This document shows positions 1 through 1,460 of a stretch of 1,460 nucleotides of DNA, piece after piece (within the stretch, counting starts at the first letter, position 1; the number at the start of each line of letters is the position of its first letter). Made by a program: the position numbers and the translations under genes. Source of the stretch: Escherichia coli (GTDB taxonomy: Bacteria > Pseudomonadota > Gammaproteobacteria > Enterobacterales > Enterobacteriaceae); the NCBI RefSeq assembly GCF_003334335.1, contig NZ_QOWQ01000106.1. One strand, 5' to 3'. The notes under the pieces were generated by a model. That model did not search any database and was not told the DNA's origin. It saw only the letters and a program-made list of their open reading frames with translations.

Positions 1-173
1 GCCTGCCGGGGCAGCAGTATGATGAGGAGTCCGGCCTGTATTACAACCGCCACCGCTATTATGACCCGCTGCAGGGGAGGTATATCACTCAGGATCCGAT
101 TGGGCTGAAGGGGGGATGGAATTTTTATCAGTATCCGCTGAATCCGGTTCAGTATATAGATTCAATGGGACTG
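1..173 (+). other. Rhs core C-terminal hyperconserved region, including the DPIGL motif (codons at 93-107) and the terminal PxxxxDxxGL-type motif [10 protein letters not shown] (144-173) that marks the core/CT boundary
   Basis: Direct translation. GC-rich (about 60% by hand count over 1-120) compared with the rest of the window. Confidence 0.85.
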
Positions 174-632
174 GCATCAAAATATGGACACTTAAATAAT
201 GGCGGATATGGAGCGAGACCCAACAAACCGCCTACGCCCGATCCAAGTAAATTGCCGGACATAGCGAAACAATTAAGACTGCCATATCCTATTGACCAGG
301 CCAGTAGTGCGCCTAATGTTTTCAAAACATTCTTCAGAGCATTAAGCCCTTACGACTACACACTGTATTGCAGGAAGTGGGTAAAACCAAATCTGACTTG
401 TACGCCACAGGATGATTCCCAGTATCCAGGGATGGATACAAAGACAGCAAGTGATTACCTGCCACAGACAAATTGGCCAACAACTCAATTACCACCAGGA
501 TATACTTGTGCAGAACCCTATTTATTCCCAGACATTAATAAACCCGATGGGCCAGCAACAGCAGGGATAGATGATTTGGGTGAAATTTTAGCTAAGATGA
601 AACAGAGAACATCGAGAGGAATAAGAAAATGA
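1..632 (+). CDS. Rhs-family (YD-repeat) polymorphic toxin, 3' end only (5'-partial; reading frame begins at position 3; stop TGA 630-632). Encodes the end of the conserved Rhs core plus a variable C-terminal toxin domain of unknown activity. May correspond to an orphan rhs fragment such as E. coli K-12 ybfO, but this cannot be confirmed from the window.
   Basis: Frame 3 is open from position 3 to 632 with no stop. Translation begins [57 protein letters not shown], which is the hyperconserved Rhs core terminus (YYDPxxGRYxxxDPIGLxGGxNxYxY...PxxxxDxxGL). The six-frame track starts this ORF at ATG 165 only because that is the first Met; the conserved Rhs sequence upstream shows the gene continues beyond the 5' edge of the window. 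Confidence 0.92.
174..629 (+). other. Variable Rhs C-terminal (CT) toxin domain, about 152 aa, activity unknown
   Basis: Sequence after the DSMGL boundary: [152 protein letters not shown]. It is rich in Pro, Tyr and Thr, has 3 Cys, and shows no nuclease (HNH, His-Me), deaminase or ART motif that I can recognise by eye. Lower GC than the core. Confidence 0.7.
614..620 (+). promoter_or_regulatory. Shine-Dalgarno sequence (GAGAGGA) for the downstream immunity-like CDS
   Basis: GAGAGGA at 614-620, 8 nt upstream of ATG 629; lies inside the 3' end of the Rhs CDS. Confidence 0.55.
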
Positions 633-685
633 AAAGAGTTTTGTTCTTTTTGCTGATGATATTTGTTAGTTTTGGTGTTATAGCT
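629..685 (+). other. Predicted signal peptide (19 aa) of the immunity-like protein; probable SPase I cleavage after VIA
   Basis: [19 protein letters not shown] followed by DCE. No canonical lipobox, because the residue before Cys is Asp, so a lipoprotein is unlikely. Confidence 0.6.
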
Positions 686-1198
686 GATTGCGAAATACAA
701 GCTAAAGATCATGATTGTTTTACTATTTTCGCTAAGGGTACTATTTTTTCCGCGTTTCCTGTCTTAAATAATAAAGCCATGTGGAGATGGTATCAGAATG
801 AGGACATCGGTGAGTATTATTGGCAAACAGAACTGGGTACATGTAAAAATAATAAATTCACACCAAGCGGGGCGAGACTCTTAATTCGCGTCGGGTCACT
901 ACGCCTTAATGAAAATCATGCCATCAAAGGAACGTTGCAGGAGTTGATAAATACAGCAGAAAAAACGGCGTTTCTCGGCGATCGGTTTAGAAGTTATATA
1001 AGAGCGGGTATCTATCAAAAAAAGAGCAGTGATCCAGTTCAGTTGTTGGCAGTCCTTGATAATTCAATCATGGTAAAATATTTTAAAGATGAGAAACCAA
1101 CTTATGCTCGAATGACAGCACATCTCCCGAACAAAAATGAGTCTTACGAATGTTTAATAAAGATACAGCATGAACTAATTCGTAGTGAAGAGAAATAA
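629..1198 (+). CDS. ybfC: Putative Rhs immunity protein (RhsI-like), 189 aa, with N-terminal Sec signal peptide; predicted periplasmic. Resembles E. coli K-12 YbfC in length and context (tentative).
   Basis: Complete ORF ATG 629 to TAA 1196-1198 with an SD 8 nt upstream. The start overlaps the Rhs stop (ATGA at 629-632), the usual arrangement of toxin/immunity pairs. N-terminus [21 protein letters not shown] has a positive n-region, a hydrophobic h-region and a V-I-A signal peptidase I site. Position immediately 3' of an Rhs CT domain. The gene symbol rests on recalled length (189 aa) and neighbourhood (rhs fragment upstream, H-rpt transposase downstream), not on a verified alignment. Confidence 0.8.
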
Positions 1199-1357
1199 AA
1201 TCTCTTCCTGAGAAAACAAATTAATCATTGTGAAAAATTATATAACTCATGGAATAGGTGTTTATTTTGCGTTCCATTTGCAGGGAAAGATCACGTAACG
1301 CTACTTTTTTGTACTAAATAATTCGAATTTTAAGTTCAACAATTGAGATACTACTTA

Positions 1358-1388
1358 TTGTCTAAAGCTGTTTTTCATAGCTTATACA
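1358..1388 (+). promoter_or_regulatory. Candidate sigma70-like promoter upstream of the transposase gene (speculative)
   Basis: TTGTCT at 1358-1363 (4/6 match to TTGACA) and TATACA at 1383-1388 (4/6 match to TATAAT) with about 19-bp spacing, in an AT-rich spacer. Weak match; this may simply be AT-rich sequence. Confidence 0.15.
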
Positions 1389-1412
1389 TGATCAAATACT
1401 CCTTACATAAAT

Positions 1413-1418
1413 AAGGTG
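1413..1418 (+). promoter_or_regulatory. Shine-Dalgarno sequence (AAGGTG) for the transposase CDS
   Basis: AAGGTG at 1413-1418, 5 nt upstream of ATG 1424. Confidence 0.5.
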
Positions 1419-1423
1419 AACAA

Positions 1424-1460
1424 ATGGAACTTAAAAAATTGATGGAACATATTTCTATTA
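1424..1460 (+). CDS. H-repeat-associated (ISAs1-family) transposase, N-terminal start only (3'-partial, runs off window)
   Basis: ATG 1424 followed by MELKKLMEHISI, which matches the N-terminus of E. coli H-rpt / ISAs1-family transposases (YhhI, YdcC, YbfD-type) as I recall it. Good SD upstream. Only 12 codons are visible, so the identification rests on a short recalled match plus the known association of H-rpt elements with rhs loci. Confidence 0.65.
   Translation, partial: MELKKLMEHISI

Larger units (their letters stand above)
1199..1423. mobile_element. AT-rich spacer that probably contains the left end (terminal inverted repeat) of the H-rpt / ISAs1-family element; exact boundary not determinable
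   Basis: The transposase start at 1424 implies the IS left end lies within this 225-bp region. I could not find a convincing terminal inverted repeat without the right end of the element for comparison. Confidence 0.3.

Noticed and set aside
571-600. Possible internal promoter for the immunity gene inside the toxin CDS (TTGGGT ... TAAGAT)
   Set aside because: The -35-like element matches only 3/6 and the spacing to the -10-like hexamer is about 11 bp, far from the 17-bp optimum. Not supportable from sequence alone.
165-632. ATG at 165 as the true start of a 155-aa protein, as drawn in the six-frame ORF track
   Set aside because: The frame is open upstream to position 3 and encodes a recognisable Rhs core terminus. 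The Met at 165 is the M of the conserved DSMGL boundary motif and has no Shine-Dalgarno sequence upstream (agtatatagattca). The gene is 5'-truncated by the window edge, not a small stand-alone ORF.
656-658. Alternative start for the immunity ORF at the internal in-frame ATG (Met10)
   Set aside because: Starting there would remove the positively charged n-region (MKR) of the signal peptide and there is no SD in front of it. ATG 629, with an SD and the ATGA overlap, is the better start.
518-712. 64-aa ORF on the minus strand
   Set aside because: It sits antisense to and overlapping both the toxin 3' end and the immunity 5' end, has no SD upstream of its start, and its hydrophobic stretch is just the reverse complement of the AT-rich signal-peptide codons. 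Most likely spurious.
1269-1310. Possible rho-independent terminator (GCGTT...AACGC stem followed by a T-run at 1305-1310)
   Set aside because: The stem is only 5 bp with a loop of about 23 nt, which is too unstable for a credible intrinsic terminator. The T-run is more likely just AT-rich spacer sequence.

Overview
This window covers the 3' end of an Rhs-family polymorphic toxin locus on the + strand. (1) Positions 1-632 are the 5'-truncated end of an Rhs/YD-repeat gene: the frame is open from position 3 and encodes the conserved core terminus (...[40 protein letters not shown]) followed by a roughly 150-aa variable C-terminal (CT) domain with no motif I recognise. (2) Positions 629-1198 encode a 189-aa protein with an N-terminal signal peptide, overlapping the Rhs stop by 4 bp (ATGA); it is the presumptive cognate immunity protein, and its length and context resemble E. 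coli K-12 ybfC (from memory, unverified). (3) An AT-rich 225-bp spacer follows, then at 1424 the start of a CDS (MELKKLMEHISI...) that I recognise as the N-terminus of an H-repeat-associated (ISAs1-family) transposase, running off the window. The point most worth following up is that the immunity candidate appears to be secreted, which would imply an uncharacterised toxin acting in the periplasm or envelope. No rRNA, tRNA or CRISPR features were seen. All coordinates and translations were worked by hand from the sequence; no database search was run.
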